Source: an uncultured virus (IMG/VR IMGVR_UViG_3300009443_000004)
Taxonomy: Duplodnaviria > Heunggongvirae > Uroviricota > Caudoviricetes
Length of the DNA: 64,000 bases
Virus record (IMG/VR): IMGVR_UViG_3300009443_000004
Coordinates: 1-64,000 of that record
Strand: one strand, 5' to 3'
Of this stretch, positions 23,363 through 34,381 are shown piece after piece (position 1 is the stretch's first letter; each line of letters opens with the position of its first letter). The notes beneath the pieces were generated by a model. That model ran no database searches. It saw nothing but the letters and a program-made list of their open reading frames with translations, and was not told the DNA's origin. A program made the position numbers and the translations under genes.

Positions 23363-23902
23363 TTAATTTAAAAAAGCACACCCTGCAAATGAATTACTAA
23401 ATGATACTCTTATTTGGTTAGTAGATAAATAATCTATATCACCTATCACTACATTATTATCTAAGTCAGCTATTGTTACTGATGGATACTCCCCTAAATT
23501 ATGTGTTATTGTCCATACCGCAGCAGCTATCTCAAAACACTGTACAAACGTTGCTTCATTTGCAAGTATATCTGCTAAATCTAATACTGTACATACATTA
23601 GTAGGAACAGCCGGACAAGATACACTTGCCTTTACATTTATTTTTGCCAATGGCTCAACAAATACACCTTTATCTTCTGTTGCAACAACAACCTTATCTG
23701 ATTTTTTATCTAACCAATCACATAATTCTTTTTGTAATACTGCATTAGCAAAATCAGTATAACAACATGCTTCAATACCAAACTTAACTTCTTTAAAGTT
23801 TGCATATGCTTGGTTAGCAAAAGTCTGTTCTACTCTTATTCTTTTTTCAAGAGCCACATGCTTTACTTGATTTGCATTTGATATTTCTCTAGGTTTACCC
23901 AT
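23363..23902 (-). CDS. Putative tail/fibre attachment protein
   Basis: C-terminal WTITHNLGEYPSVT motif seen in fibre-associated proteins. Confidence 0.55.
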   Translation of the reverse strand: MGKPREISNANQVKHVALEKRIRVEQTFANQAYANFKEVKFGIEACCYTDFANAVLQKELCDWLDKKSDKVVVATEDKGVFVEPLAKINVKASVSCPAVPTNVCTVLDLADILANEATFVQCFEIAAAVWTITHNLGEYPSVTIADLDNNVVIGDIDYLSTNQIRVSFSNSFAGCAFLN

Positions 23903-24083
23903 TTTTTAAATTCACTATTTGTTGTTTAGCAAGTTCTAAAGATAAATTTCTACTACCCTCTGTAGCTTGTTGTTTAGCTTTAGATGAGTTTTTACATCCT
24001 TTGCAAATTACATTTCCATTTTCATCATGTGTCTTTTGACATCCACACGTAAATTTTTTTCCACATACTGAACAGTTATTCAT
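23895..24083 (-). CDS. Small Zn-finger-like protein
   Basis: CxxC..CGC..CxxC. Confidence 0.55.
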   Translation of the reverse strand: MNNCSVCGKKFTCGCQKTHDENGNVICKGCKNSSKAKQQATEGSRNLSLELAKQQIVNLKNG

Positions 24084-24095
24084 AATTCTTTGGTT

Positions 24096-24677
24096 TTATA
24101 CGTAATACATTCCTCTCTTTGCTGATCCACAATTTCCAGTTGGACAAGTAATCTTATTTAATCTGGCTTTTGCATAATTATATATTTGCATAGCTTGAGT
24201 TGTAGATTGACAATATTCTGCATTTGAAACGGCAGCATCAATCATTGTTTTTATATAACTCATTTCAGCTAATAATTCTTGTTTCTCAGAATCAGGTTGA
24301 CAGGGTTGTACATCTAGATCACACAATACTTCATAGTATTGTCCAAGTAATTGTGTAACTCTTAGATGATTGTATTCTACGTATACCTTTGAATTAGGTG
24401 ATACACTGTATCTTATGATATATATACCATCAGGTATATTTTCTTGTTTTGTACCACAATCCGTGGTTTGCAAAGCAAGTGTACATGCCGTTAAACACAT
24501 GTCAAAATCTTTATCAACCTTAATTAAAACAGGTACAGAATAGCCAGGTAAAGTAATTAATAACTCTTCACAATCAACTGCTAAATCCTTTGAATATTGA
24601 CTTGTATCTTTTATGCAAAGTAAATTACAGTTAGATACTGTAGGTATTTCTAAACTTAATATATGTCTGTCTGCCAT
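24096..24677 (-). CDS. Cys-rich structural protein (tail hub-like)
   Basis: IPDGIYIIRYSV motif; position in the structural block. Confidence 0.45.
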   Translation of the reverse strand: MADRHILSLEIPTVSNCNLLCIKDTSQYSKDLAVDCEELLITLPGYSVPVLIKVDKDFDMCLTACTLALQTTDCGTKQENIPDGIYIIRYSVSPNSKVYVEYNHLRVTQLLGQYYEVLCDLDVQPCQPDSEKQELLAEMSYIKTMIDAAVSNAEYCQSTTQAMQIYNYAKARLNKITCPTGNCGSAKRGMYYV

Positions 24678-24743
24678 TTTGTATTCTATTAATAAATGAT
24701 ACTATATAGATAATATACAAAAAAAATAGAACATATAAAAAAT

Positions 24744-24772
24744 AAAAGAGCAGGAGATTTCTCCCCTGCTCT
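24744..24772 (-). terminator. Intrinsic terminator
   Basis: AGAGCAGG/CCTGCTCT stem plus T-run. Confidence 0.7.
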
Positions 24773-24798
24773 AATATCTTGGTTGATAATTTTAATTA

Positions 24799-26271
24799 TT
24801 ACCAAACAGCATTTTGCTCAATAGGTAAGTTATTCCCATTGTCTTTAGCCCATGCTTGTAATCCTTCAAGGAAATCCTCCATAGCATTTTGTGCTGCTGT
24901 ATCACTACATTTAACATAGATCTTATACTGATACTGGTCATTATCAAACACTCCTGATGGATTGTTGAATCTTGGCACAGAATGTTGTACGTAATAAGCT
25001 CTGTATGTTGATGTTCTATCAACTGCAGCTAAAAGCTCATCAGATAATTCAATCTCTCTGATTCTAGCACTATCAGCATTTCCTTGGTTATAAGGAGACT
25101 GACGGTATCTCTCAGACATAATTAATTCTCTAATTACTTCTTCACCTTGTGTTTGTTGCATTGAACCTGGTGTAGCTGAAGCAACACCACAGTCATTACA
25201 TGGATTACCTGTTTCATCTAATAAAGATACAATGATCTCTACAGGCTCAGCATTGAAATGATCTCTAGTGTCAAAAGAACAGTTACCAAATACAGTGTCA
25301 ACGTATGCACCTTTGAATTCTACACATGCAGAAACCTTAGTAGCTCCGTTTGGATCTGTTGAAGCAACATATGTTCCATCAACTACTTCAGCAATACTAT
25401 AAACTGCTTGAGTAGATACGCCACCTGTAGTAGTTGTTACAATAACACCACCTTCAGAAACTGAATCTACTAAAATAGCACCATCTGTACCACCAGCTAC
25501 AACTAATACATCTCCAACTGCATAACCTGATCCTGCAGTAGCAATAGAGTAAGTAGCAATAGCATCACTAACACCTAAACTTACAATGTTAATAGTTGCA
25601 CCTGAACCTGTAGAACTACCAGAAGTAGCTTGAGTTGATACTGTATAACCATTACCACCAGCTGATAATGTACTAGCATCAACACCGTCTACATCAGCTT
25701 CAGCAACAAATGGTTTGATAAGTGGATCACCTAAAGCCATTTTAGCCATATTAGCAATGATTAAAGCCGGGTCAATATATTCTTGCCCTTCAACACAACA
25801 TACATTTGCTGAGTCAGCAATTGCATATGCATTGTGATTTAAAAATCTAAGTGCAGGAGAACCTTTTACATCAATTCTCATAAACTGTGTTTTACCACAA
25901 GGAGCACAATCAGATGCTAAACATAATTTAGCAGTTGCTTGTGATGCAGTAAGACAGTTTGCTGCCCACATTCTAGTAAGATATCTTGGGTTAATCCCTT
26001 TAGATTTTACTGATTCTTTGTAACCCCCATGTCCTGGGTTGTTACCAATTGTATCTTTAGTATAAAATGAACCTTGTACAATGTACGCTAGTTCACCAGC
26101 AGTTAATGCAGCTGGAGCAGCAGCACCACCTGGGATAGCAACTGACTTCCAGTCACTTCCACCAACTAATGCTAATTCACCAGCAGCTAAAGCACTAGTA
26201 GCAGTACCTGCTGTTTGCTCTACTGAAGACACAACAAACGTTTTATTAAACGCATGATTAAAATAAGCCAT
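24799..26271 (-). CDS. Putative auxiliary capsid/structural protein
   Basis: 490 aa, followed by a terminator, three genes downstream of MCP; internal GSGY repeat insert. Confidence 0.55.
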   Translation of the reverse strand: MAYFNHAFNKTFVVSSVEQTAGTATSALAAGELALVGGSDWKSVAIPGGAAAPAALTAGELAYIVQGSFYTKDTIGNNPGHGGYKESVKSKGINPRYLTRMWAANCLTASQATAKLCLASDCAPCGKTQFMRIDVKGSPALRFLNHNAYAIADSANVCCVEGQEYIDPALIIANMAKMALGDPLIKPFVAEADVDGVDASTLSAGGNGYTVSTQATSGSSTGSGATINIVSLGVSDAIATYSIATAGSGYAVGDVLVVAGGTDGAILVDSVSEGGVIVTTTTGGVSTQAVYSIAEVVDGTYVASTDPNGATKVSACVEFKGAYVDTVFGNCSFDTRDHFNAEPVEIIVSLLDETGNPCNDCGVASATPGSMQQTQGEEVIRELIMSERYRQSPYNQGNADSARIREIELSDELLAAVDRTSTYRAYYVQHSVPRFNNPSGVFDNDQYQYKIYVKCSDTAAQNAMEDFLEGLQAWAKDNGNNLPIEQNAVW

Positions 26272-26398
26272 AATTTGTTGTTTTGTGTGAGGACCATTAC
26301 CCTCACTGGTTATAAAAAAAGATTTAAACAGTTTACTCTGCTTGTAACATCAGTGTTACTATAATAATATAATGATTTTCTATCAGATAAACAATATA

Positions 26399-27100
26399 TT
26401 AATTATTTCTTTCAGCAGCCTGCAATCCTCTTTGTTGCTGATACATATTTTCTATATCACCTGCAATCAATGCTGCAGTATCATCAAGGATTACTTCTAC
26501 TAAATCATCTTTAAACTCACATATAACATTATTCAAGCTAATATTACCAGTGTATGGATCTGTACAGCCTTGTACTTGTATCAATGTAGGTTGTCTATAA
26601 TAAGTTAATACAGGATTTACTATATCAAAATTTCTTTTGTATATTCTTATCTTGTTATCAAGCATAGTACAAAAAGTTTCTCCCCATTCAAAATCTGGAT
26701 TCTTTAGGGGATCTCTCATAATTAAATTAACATTAGCTTCTTCAGCTAAATATACAGTCATTGATCTTGGAGTACAACAGTCATCTTTTGCCTGTGTAGT
26801 AACTTTCTTAAATTCTAAATAAGTTTCCTCAGGAAAATTGTCTGTCTCAAAATAATCTGGAAAAACATTACCTGTAAGGGATAATTCAATTAGGAGAGGT
26901 TGCAAGTCATCCACTCTTCTTTTGGATAACTCATCACCTTCCTGATACATATTTCCCCCATGTAAGTTTCTTCTACACCACTCAACTTGTGATTTGTTAA
27001 AAGCCTCAACAAACTGCCAACATTCTATATTATCATAGTCTTGGCTATCAAGCTTATTCAGCCTTTGCTTAAGTTTTATAAGTAATGTATTATTTTCCAT
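26399..27100 (-). CDS. Putative tail ring/neck protein
   Basis: 233 aa; LNKLDS, FNKSQ and YYRQP motifs; synteny. Confidence 0.55.
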   Translation of the reverse strand: MENNTLLIKLKQRLNKLDSQDYDNIECWQFVEAFNKSQVEWCRRNLHGGNMYQEGDELSKRRVDDLQPLLIELSLTGNVFPDYFETDNFPEETYLEFKKVTTQAKDDCCTPRSMTVYLAEEANVNLIMRDPLKNPDFEWGETFCTMLDNKIRIYKRNFDIVNPVLTYYRQPTLIQVQGCTDPYTGNISLNNVICEFKDDLVEVILDDTAALIAGDIENMYQQQRGLQAAERNN

Positions 27101-27112
27101 TTTTAATTATTT

Positions 27113-28129
27113 TTAAGCATTCCAATATGGTTCAACTTTATCCATTAGAGATAATAAACTTTCTTCATTTTTAGGATCCATTAAAAAATCTAAACATTCA
27201 GACGGTCTTTTACCCATTCTAATACCACTATCCATTGGCTCAATCCATCCCCCTGCTTTAGTCAGTAAGAATCTATAAAATAAACAGTCTTTAACAAGTG
27301 CTCTTATTTTTATTTCCTCCATACTTAATGTAGAAACATCTAAAAAGTTTTGTGCTGCTTTTTTCTTATTACCTTCAGATCCATGACCTTGAATATAGTC
27401 ATCCATATTTTCATACATAACATCATTAGGAGTAGACTTACTATACTGTGTGCTATTTGAATCACAGATTTTAGCTACATACATAAGCTTTGTTGCATTG
27501 CCATCATACATTTTTTGTAATTCTACTAATGCTCTATTTCTTATTTTACTAAGTTCAGTTCTAGTAGTTAACGTTTCTTCTAACGTATCTAAATAAAACT
27601 TAACTCCTTTAGAGTTTACTTTAGCATCTTTTAATGACTTTGCTACTATAGAAAAGCCACCTGCTTTAATGGCATATAGTTTAATTCTATCATATGGATC
27701 TAATTCTGGATCTAAGAATACTGGATCATTACCACATCTTAAACTAATCTTGTCCCAAAATTTATCATTATTAGGACTCATAATAGTTAAGTTGTTCCAA
27801 AAATCTTTGTCTTCTGGATCAACTACATTAGCTGCAAGAGATGCTTCTAATTCTGCAACTACAGTTCTAATTTCTTTAATCTTTGCTTTTTTCTCCTTAG
27901 GTGCTAACATTTTTACTTCAGGTGCAAATTCATTTAAACCAGTAACATATCTTTTTACTCCATTCATCTCTAGACATGCTAATGATTCTTCATGGTATAC
28001 TCCATCATGTAATGCCAATCCATATTGTTCCAATCCCATATTTTCTTTATTAGGATTAAAAAATGGACGCACTGCAACAGATTGTTTTTTTTCCTGCTGA
28101 TACTTTTCTACAATAGTGTACTCACTCAT
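27113..28129 (-). CDS. Conserved crAss-like protein downstream of MCP
   Basis: 338-aa ORF; synteny. Confidence 0.55.
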   Translation of the reverse strand: MSEYTIVEKYQQEKKQSVAVRPFFNPNKENMGLEQYGLALHDGVYHEESLACLEMNGVKRYVTGLNEFAPEVKMLAPKEKKAKIKEIRTVVAELEASLAANVVDPEDKDFWNNLTIMSPNNDKFWDKISLRCGNDPVFLDPELDPYDRIKLYAIKAGGFSIVAKSLKDAKVNSKGVKFYLDTLEETLTTRTELSKIRNRALVELQKMYDGNATKLMYVAKICDSNSTQYSKSTPNDVMYENMDDYIQGHGSEGNKKKAAQNFLDVSTLSMEEIKIRALVKDCLFYRFLLTKAGGWIEPMDSGIRMGKRPSECLDFLMDPKNEESLLSLMDKVEPYWNA

Positions 28130-28244
28130 TTTTTTTGGTTTTAAATTAATAATTATTATTCACAGTCAAAAGTACATAATTATGTACATTTATTATTACT
28201 AATTTCTAAAGCAAGGTTTTACCCTTGCTAAAGTTTTTTGACTT

Positions 28245-28439
28245 TTAAACAACTATTTTCAAAGCTCCTGTAGTGTGATATATATCACCTTTTGCTAAAC
28301 CTGCAGCTATTGCTGCTGCATTATCTGCATGGTCTCTAGCTAAGATGTCTTTACCAACAGCTTTAGAAGCAAGTATTTTTGAAACACTTGAATTTGAAAA
28401 CTCATATGTTTTATTTTGTCTTTTAATATCTAGTGCCAT
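28245..28439 (-). CDS. Small virion protein (possible head fibre/decoration)
   Basis: ADNAAAIAAGLAKGDIYHT motif typical of short fibres. Confidence 0.5.
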   Translation of the reverse strand: MALDIKRQNKTYEFSNSSVSKILASKAVGKDILARDHADNAAAIAAGLAKGDIYHTTGALKIVV

Positions 28440-28467
28440 GATTAGTTATATTTTAAAGGTTAAAAAT

Positions 28468-28500
28468 AAAAAGGGAGGAGGTATTAGCCCCTCCCCTTTA
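28468..28500 (-). terminator. Intrinsic terminator after MCP
   Basis: AAGGGGAGG/CCTCCCTT stem plus T-run. Confidence 0.7.
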
Positions 28501-28510
28501 ATTATAGTTC

Positions 28511-30130
28511 TTAGAATGAGCCTCCTGTTACAGGGTTTCTCATTACAATTTTAAGAACTTTGGTTGGATCCTTAACCCATATAGCCGGCATGGTCTGAGT
28601 CATATATACTCTATATCCATTAAACTGACCAGTAGAAGCAAATCCTTGAGTTCTTCCCATGTAGTCCATAGTACCATTTTGGTAGAACCACTTAAGTTGA
28701 TTATCCCAAGAAAGTTTCAACAAGTGAATGTTGTCATTTCCTTCATCAGTTACATCAAAGATAATAAAGCTGTATGAACTTAGAGGTCTACCATCAATTA
28801 ATGGATTCTCTATATCATTTGTGTTTAAGTTATCAAATGCTGGATTCAATACAAACTTAACGTTAGCTAAGAATGGAATAGTAAAGCTTGTGTAAGCAAA
28901 ACCATAATCTAAATCCATACCAGAACCTTTAACAGCTCCAATATCAGTTGCATTTTGTACTAAACCTGAACCATACACTTCATCAGCAATTGCTTTGTTG
29001 ATTAGTTGCATACCACCAATACCTGTTTGTACAACAAGTGATCTTTGTGGGTCTGGCCCTTTAAATTCAACTTTACCTTGGTAGAAGTTATAAAGTTCAG
29101 ACTTAAACATGTCAAGAGTAAATGATGACTTGTTATATACTCTTTTGAAAGAGTTATCTAACTGTGACCATAAACCTACAGATAATCTAATATCATCCGG
29201 TCCGTCTTGCTTAATTCTACCACCTTTACCCCACATTAGGTAAGTTTCAATATCCGTAGCAATTTTAGATAAATGTGCTGCTTCCATATTTGTAATGAAA
29301 GTTCTTGTAAGAGTTCCGTTTTCAAACGCTTCTCTTGCACCTGCTTTACCCATGTTAGCTACTAGTCCTTCAATACTAGGTACTGATGGATTGTTTGGAT
29401 CATTGTCAAAGTTTCTCCAAATCTCAGTTACTGGTACAGTACCATCAGCATTCAAACCACCTTTGATCATAAGATCAGCACGGCTTGAAATAGAATAGTG
29501 TACGTGTGCTTCTGCTCCTCCTACAAAGTTGTAGAATTCACGGAATCCAGATCCTGTTTCAATGTCAGAAAATCTTTCACCATATTCACCTCTTGCAGAA
29601 CCTTTTCTAAAGAATTTTGTTCCTTTAGCTAGATACTTATTATCTAAGACTGCTGCATTGTTGTTGTTAACTAATTGAACAGTGTAAACATATCCATCAC
29701 CTGCAGGGATAATATCATCTGCTGTAATGTAAAGTTCAAGTCCATTATACTTATCATAAGTAATAATGTCACCATGTCCAAAAGTTCTTTTGTTGATCTT
29801 GATCTTAAATAGAGTTCCATCTACACCTTTAGCATCATTTGCTGGTTCAATGTCTGCCACTATGTAAGGAAGATCTTGTGCAATAGGAGTTTGCCACTTG
29901 TACTCACCTCTAGCATTATCCACCATGATTGTATTCTTTCCACCAAAAGAAGCCATTTGATATAAAGGCATTTCTACCTTTTGGGTCATTGCCCATAAAT
30001 CAATTGGTCCCATATCCATAGGCTCGGAGTTACCAAGCATTTGGGTAAGGTGATAAGAATCAACATGAGAACTAGCTTTGTAGCTTGTATCACGTAGGAA
30101 AATCCCATTATTTAAAACTGGAGTTGCCAT
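28511..30130 (-). CDS. Major capsid protein
   Basis: 539 aa between scaffold-like gene and terminator; order terminase-portal-gene77-like-MCP as in crAss-like phages. Confidence 0.85.
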   Translation of the reverse strand: MATPVLNNGIFLRDTSYKASSHVDSYHLTQMLGNSEPMDMGPIDLWAMTQKVEMPLYQMASFGGKNTIMVDNARGEYKWQTPIAQDLPYIVADIEPANDAKGVDGTLFKIKINKRTFGHGDIITYDKYNGLELYITADDIIPAGDGYVYTVQLVNNNNAAVLDNKYLAKGTKFFRKGSARGEYGERFSDIETGSGFREFYNFVGGAEAHVHYSISSRADLMIKGGLNADGTVPVTEIWRNFDNDPNNPSVPSIEGLVANMGKAGAREAFENGTLTRTFITNMEAAHLSKIATDIETYLMWGKGGRIKQDGPDDIRLSVGLWSQLDNSFKRVYNKSSFTLDMFKSELYNFYQGKVEFKGPDPQRSLVVQTGIGGMQLINKAIADEVYGSGLVQNATDIGAVKGSGMDLDYGFAYTSFTIPFLANVKFVLNPAFDNLNTNDIENPLIDGRPLSSYSFIIFDVTDEGNDNIHLLKLSWDNQLKWFYQNGTMDYMGRTQGFASTGQFNGYRVYMTQTMPAIWVKDPTKVLKIVMRNPVTGGSF

Positions 30131-30181
30131 AATTTTGATTGTTTTTGATTAATAATTATTGTTTATATATTTAATACTTGA

Positions 30182-31486
30182 TTAAATTCTTTTAAAAATG
30201 TTGTTAGCTCTTGGTATTTTTCTTTTAGCAGTTCTTTTAGCAGTTGGTTCTTTATCCTTAACTCCTAAAGATGTAGACCCTCCACTATTAGATTGTTCTG
30301 TTTTAAGTTTTCTTACCGTTTTCTCTATAGTTTTTTGAGCACCCTTATCCATTATTTTTGCTTTGTATCCTTCTGGATCTTGTAGCAACCATAATGCTTC
30401 AGATATCAAACCATAGTTTGGCTCAACAAATTGATACTTTTCAAGGAGATGTCCAAGTAAGTTAGTATTCTTACCACTAACTGATGGATAAGCGGGTTGT
30501 ACCAAACCATTATAAAGCATAGCTTGTGTCTTCTTATCTATCTTAACATCATTTATAGAACCCCCTTTCAAAGTCTCATATACGTTTTTCATATATTGCT
30601 GTGATGCTTGTTCTTGTTGTTTCTTTTTAAGCTCTTGTTCTTCTAGCTTTCTTGCAACAACCTTTTCTTGCATCTTATCTAATTTTGGTTTAAACTTCAT
30701 TGCTTGTTGTTCAAGCTTACCTAAGTCTTTCCAAATTTCTATTTCCTCAGCAATTTCTTCAGTAGTACCATATCCTGTTGCAGATAAATACTCTGTGATA
30801 ATTCTTTCTTGATCATTTGACTTCTTAACATCTAATGATCTATTTTCTTCTACTTGTGATAACGTAGCAAACATTCCTTTTAAATCTTGACCACCATCTG
30901 CTACATAACGTGCAGCAATTTGTAATTCTTGTGGTAAGCTTTCAAAAAACTTTTTAGGAGTTTCTCTTCTTACTTCATTAGCTTTTTCTTCTAAGTTAGC
31001 TTGAATTAATTCTTCCCAGTCTTTAGCAGAATAATCTTCTAATTCTTTGTCATCATCAAAAGGAACAATCTTATCTTCTTTAATAAGCTTACTAAATACA
31101 TCACTTATTCCAGAAATCTTTTTCCTTCCTCTTTTTTCTATTTTCTCTTCTTCAGAGTCTTCTTCATCAATACTGCTGATTACATCATCAATATTAACTT
31201 CTTCTTTAACTTCCTCAGCTTTTACTTCTGGTTCAGCTACTTCTTTTTCTGTGCTAGATTCTTCTTTAGAATCAGCTTTTACATTTAAATCATCTTTGTC
31301 ATCTACATCTGGATCAGCAAAAGACATGTCTGTTTTTGACCCTGTACCTGAAAAAATGTTCTTGTTTGGTTTTTCTTCCTGTGGCAAAGTAACATCAGCT
31401 GCACTAGGTGCTGCATCAAAGATCTCATCTAAGTTTATGTCTAATGTTTCTACTTTACTATTCACAGATTCAGTTTTAGTACTCAT
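30182..31486 (-). CDS. Scaffold-like protein (crAss gene 77-like)
   Basis: Acidic N-terminus, coiled coil, lies between portal and MCP. Confidence 0.65.
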   Translation of the reverse strand: MSTKTESVNSKVETLDINLDEIFDAAPSAADVTLPQEEKPNKNIFSGTGSKTDMSFADPDVDDKDDLNVKADSKEESSTEKEVAEPEVKAEEVKEEVNIDDVISSIDEEDSEEEKIEKRGRKKISGISDVFSKLIKEDKIVPFDDDKELEDYSAKDWEELIQANLEEKANEVRRETPKKFFESLPQELQIAARYVADGGQDLKGMFATLSQVEENRSLDVKKSNDQERIITEYLSATGYGTTEEIAEEIEIWKDLGKLEQQAMKFKPKLDKMQEKVVARKLEEQELKKKQQEQASQQYMKNVYETLKGGSINDVKIDKKTQAMLYNGLVQPAYPSVSGKNTNLLGHLLEKYQFVEPNYGLISEALWLLQDPEGYKAKIMDKGAQKTIEKTVRKLKTEQSNSGGSTSLGVKDKEPTAKRTAKRKIPRANNIFKRI

Positions 31487-31606
31487 AATATTTGTTGGTT
31501 TTAATATTAGTAATCTCTATACATATATAATATAAGAATAATCTTTCTAATTAAACTTATATAATTTGAAATAAATTAAAAGTTTTTAGCAGTATATAGC
31601 TAACAC

Positions 31607-34366
31607 TTATTTTTTATCTTTATTTTCTTTGGATTTAGGAGCATCATACTTGTTTTTATTTTCTCTAGCTATGTCCAATTTTGTCTGTGCAATCTCTTTC
31701 TGAGCATTTATTTTTTGTCTTTCAACATCTAATCTACTATTCTCCATAGTCATCTTAGTAGTGTTTTTCTCTCTCTCCATGCTAAGTTGTTGATTGTATC
31801 TTGTAGACTCTTTAATTTCTTCCATAGCATCCTGATAATCAGACTGTTTGTTTTCATTAATGTCTACCATTGAACCGTATCCAGCAGATTTTATTTCAGC
31901 TAACAGTATATTGTTTTGTCTGTCTTTCTCATTTTCATCTATTTCAACTTGAAGTTTCATTTGTTCTTCTTGTTGCTTAGCTTGAATTTGTTGCTGTTGC
32001 ATTTGCTGTTGTTGTTGCATATCTTGCTGACGTTGCATTTGTTGTCTGTTTTCAGAATCTTTTAAGATATCTGTTACTTCAGCAATTGAATCTGCTTTTA
32101 CAATGTTACCTAATTCAAAGATACTTGCACCTGTAGTATTATTTGTAAGAGCCATCTGCTTAAGATTTTCTAGAATAGCTCTGTGATTTGTTTTTGTTGT
32201 AGCAAAAATATTAAAATCTCTTAGTAATAAATCTGTACCATTAATTGTAAAATTAACCTTTTCTGCTTCAGAAGATATATATGATAATCTAACACTTGGG
32301 TTAGTACTATAGTAATATTGTGCTAAATCAGTTCTCATCTGATGTACTCTTGGCATCAACTGGTCTGAATGCTGTACAAAATACATCTCTGTTTGAGCGT
32401 AAGACTGTTGCATAGCTTGTACTACCCCTGTTGCCGTTTGAGCTGATACAGCCCCTCCTAGACGTTGTGGATTAACCCCTATTGCATCAAAGCATTGTTG
32501 CTTAAAATAATTAGCAAGTTGAATTCTAGACATTAATCTACTAGTCTGCTCCATGTTTAGAGTTTGATAGTGATTAAAGTTAGTAGCATTCTCAGTATTA
32601 GTAATAGATGTATCAAGAGGTAACATTTGAAAATCTTTCATTGCTACCCATGCTTTTGAATAATTATTTTTTCCCCAATCCTCACCCATTGAGTGACGTG
32701 GTAAAGCATTTTGATCAAACATAATTACTGTTCCTAATTCATCTATTAGAATGTCAGCAATTTGGTTATTAACCATATTGTATCCAACTTGATATGCTTT
32801 CATTAAATCTACCAATGAAGTAGATCTAGTATTTCTATCAGAAAATACTCTCCCTTCTACAGGAAGTTTACATCCATAAAGTGTATTGTTACCTTTAAAT
32901 TGAAAAGGTAATCTTCCAGGTTTAGTTCTATTAATACCTACATATATTGGGTTTATATTATCTCCCATTGTAGATCTCCACATTGCTGGTAAGTTTGGTC
33001 CTACTTTAACACCACCCCATACTTCATTGATCCATATCCAATCTATATGTTCTCCTTGTAATAAATTTTCTTTTGTTCTGTTCTTAAATATAGAGGTATC
33101 ATATACAGCTTTTTCTGTAATTTTAAAAGTCTCATCAATGATCTCTTGAGTTACACTACCATTTAATTCTATCTTAGTTAAATGACCAACTCTCCTCTGT
33201 GTCTTCCAATAAATTGTAGATACTCTCATTAAGTTACCTTCATCTAAAGGTGTCATGTCTTCTGAGTTATCTAATATCTCACTTAAAATATCACCACCTA
33301 CTCCAGGATTATTCCAATAGTTACTTGTATATTGTCTATACGCTAAACCTGGCATATTAGTATTCCACTCATGTGATCTAGTTGCATCATAGTATGCACC
33401 ATCATTTTGATAGCCATTTACTTGATACTGTGCAGATCTTGCAGGATATATTTTTTGTAAAGATTTTAATTGCTTCTCATCCATTAAATAACCGTATCTG
33501 TCAATAACATCTGACACAGTCATTAAGTCCATCTTACCTACATAGTTAGAATCAGAAATGTATCTCTGATCTGGAGATTTTTGATAGAAAGTTAAAACTG
33601 GATTCCATAGCTCTACATCATAATCATCTTCCAACATTCTAAAATGCCAAAATTCTCTATCTGATATAAGCATATCACGGAAGCCTCTTTCTTCAAGTTC
33701 TTGCATATGAAATCTTTCTTCATCTACTGCAAGTTGGTGTGATGCCCATTCTTCAACCATACTTCTATAATCCTTAGAAAAGAAGTCTTCTATTTCTGGT
33801 AAAGATTTTAATCCCTCTGGTGATAATTGTTGTTGTGCTTCTTCAGATCCTGGGTCCATACCCATCTCAATCATTTTCATTACTAGATTTGCCTCAGCCT
33901 CTGCTAATAATGATTCTTCAATCTGTAATCTTTTTTGCTCTAACATCTCATTATAAGATGTATCATCAACAGCTCTAAATTGCACTTTAGAATATCTCTT
34001 TGCAAATTCACCTGTCAATACATTAATTACATTAGGTATGATAGGATAAAATTTTAATTCAAGTGCTGAATCATTCTCAGCTGTAAGAGTATCCATTAAG
34101 TCTTTGTAGTCATTATCTGGTTCAACTATGTAATCAGATTTATCTATAACTCCTTTTGCTAACTTATAATTCTTTAATAATCTTCTTGAATTAATACGTA
34201 AAAATTCTATACCTTGTAACTCTAACCAATCTAGATTCCAAGCCGCCCAATCATCAGTCTTTTTTGAGTAAGGTAAAAACTGTGTTGGTTGTGTTAAGCT
34301 AGAAAATGTTGGCCCGCTTTCAGCTTTGGCCCCATTTTTCATTTGCATTGCATTTAATACTCTCAT
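31607..34366 (-). CDS. Portal protein
   Basis: 919 aa; FYPIIPNVINVLTGE, GVNPQRLG, Gln-rich C-terminal barrel; follows terminase. Confidence 0.9.
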   Translation of the reverse strand: MRVLNAMQMKNGAKAESGPTFSSLTQPTQFLPYSKKTDDWAAWNLDWLELQGIEFLRINSRRLLKNYKLAKGVIDKSDYIVEPDNDYKDLMDTLTAENDSALELKFYPIIPNVINVLTGEFAKRYSKVQFRAVDDTSYNEMLEQKRLQIEESLLAEAEANLVMKMIEMGMDPGSEEAQQQLSPEGLKSLPEIEDFFSKDYRSMVEEWASHQLAVDEERFHMQELEERGFRDMLISDREFWHFRMLEDDYDVELWNPVLTFYQKSPDQRYISDSNYVGKMDLMTVSDVIDRYGYLMDEKQLKSLQKIYPARSAQYQVNGYQNDGAYYDATRSHEWNTNMPGLAYRQYTSNYWNNPGVGGDILSEILDNSEDMTPLDEGNLMRVSTIYWKTQRRVGHLTKIELNGSVTQEIIDETFKITEKAVYDTSIFKNRTKENLLQGEHIDWIWINEVWGGVKVGPNLPAMWRSTMGDNINPIYVGINRTKPGRLPFQFKGNNTLYGCKLPVEGRVFSDRNTRSTSLVDLMKAYQVGYNMVNNQIADILIDELGTVIMFDQNALPRHSMGEDWGKNNYSKAWVAMKDFQMLPLDTSITNTENATNFNHYQTLNMEQTSRLMSRIQLANYFKQQCFDAIGVNPQRLGGAVSAQTATGVVQAMQQSYAQTEMYFVQHSDQLMPRVHQMRTDLAQYYYSTNPSVRLSYISSEAEKVNFTINGTDLLLRDFNIFATTKTNHRAILENLKQMALTNNTTGASIFELGNIVKADSIAEVTDILKDSENRQQMQRQQDMQQQQQMQQQQIQAKQQEEQMKLQVEIDENEKDRQNNILLAEIKSAGYGSMVDINENKQSDYQDAMEEIKESTRYNQQLSMEREKNTTKMTMENSRLDVERQKINAQKEIAQTKLDIARENKNKYDAPKSKENKDKK

Positions 34367-34381
34367 CTAGATTATTTTTGG

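Noticed and set aside
31960..32050. Poly-Gln tract in the portal as an unusual repeat
   Set aside because: Gln-rich coiled-coil barrels are ordinary in podovirus/crAss portals
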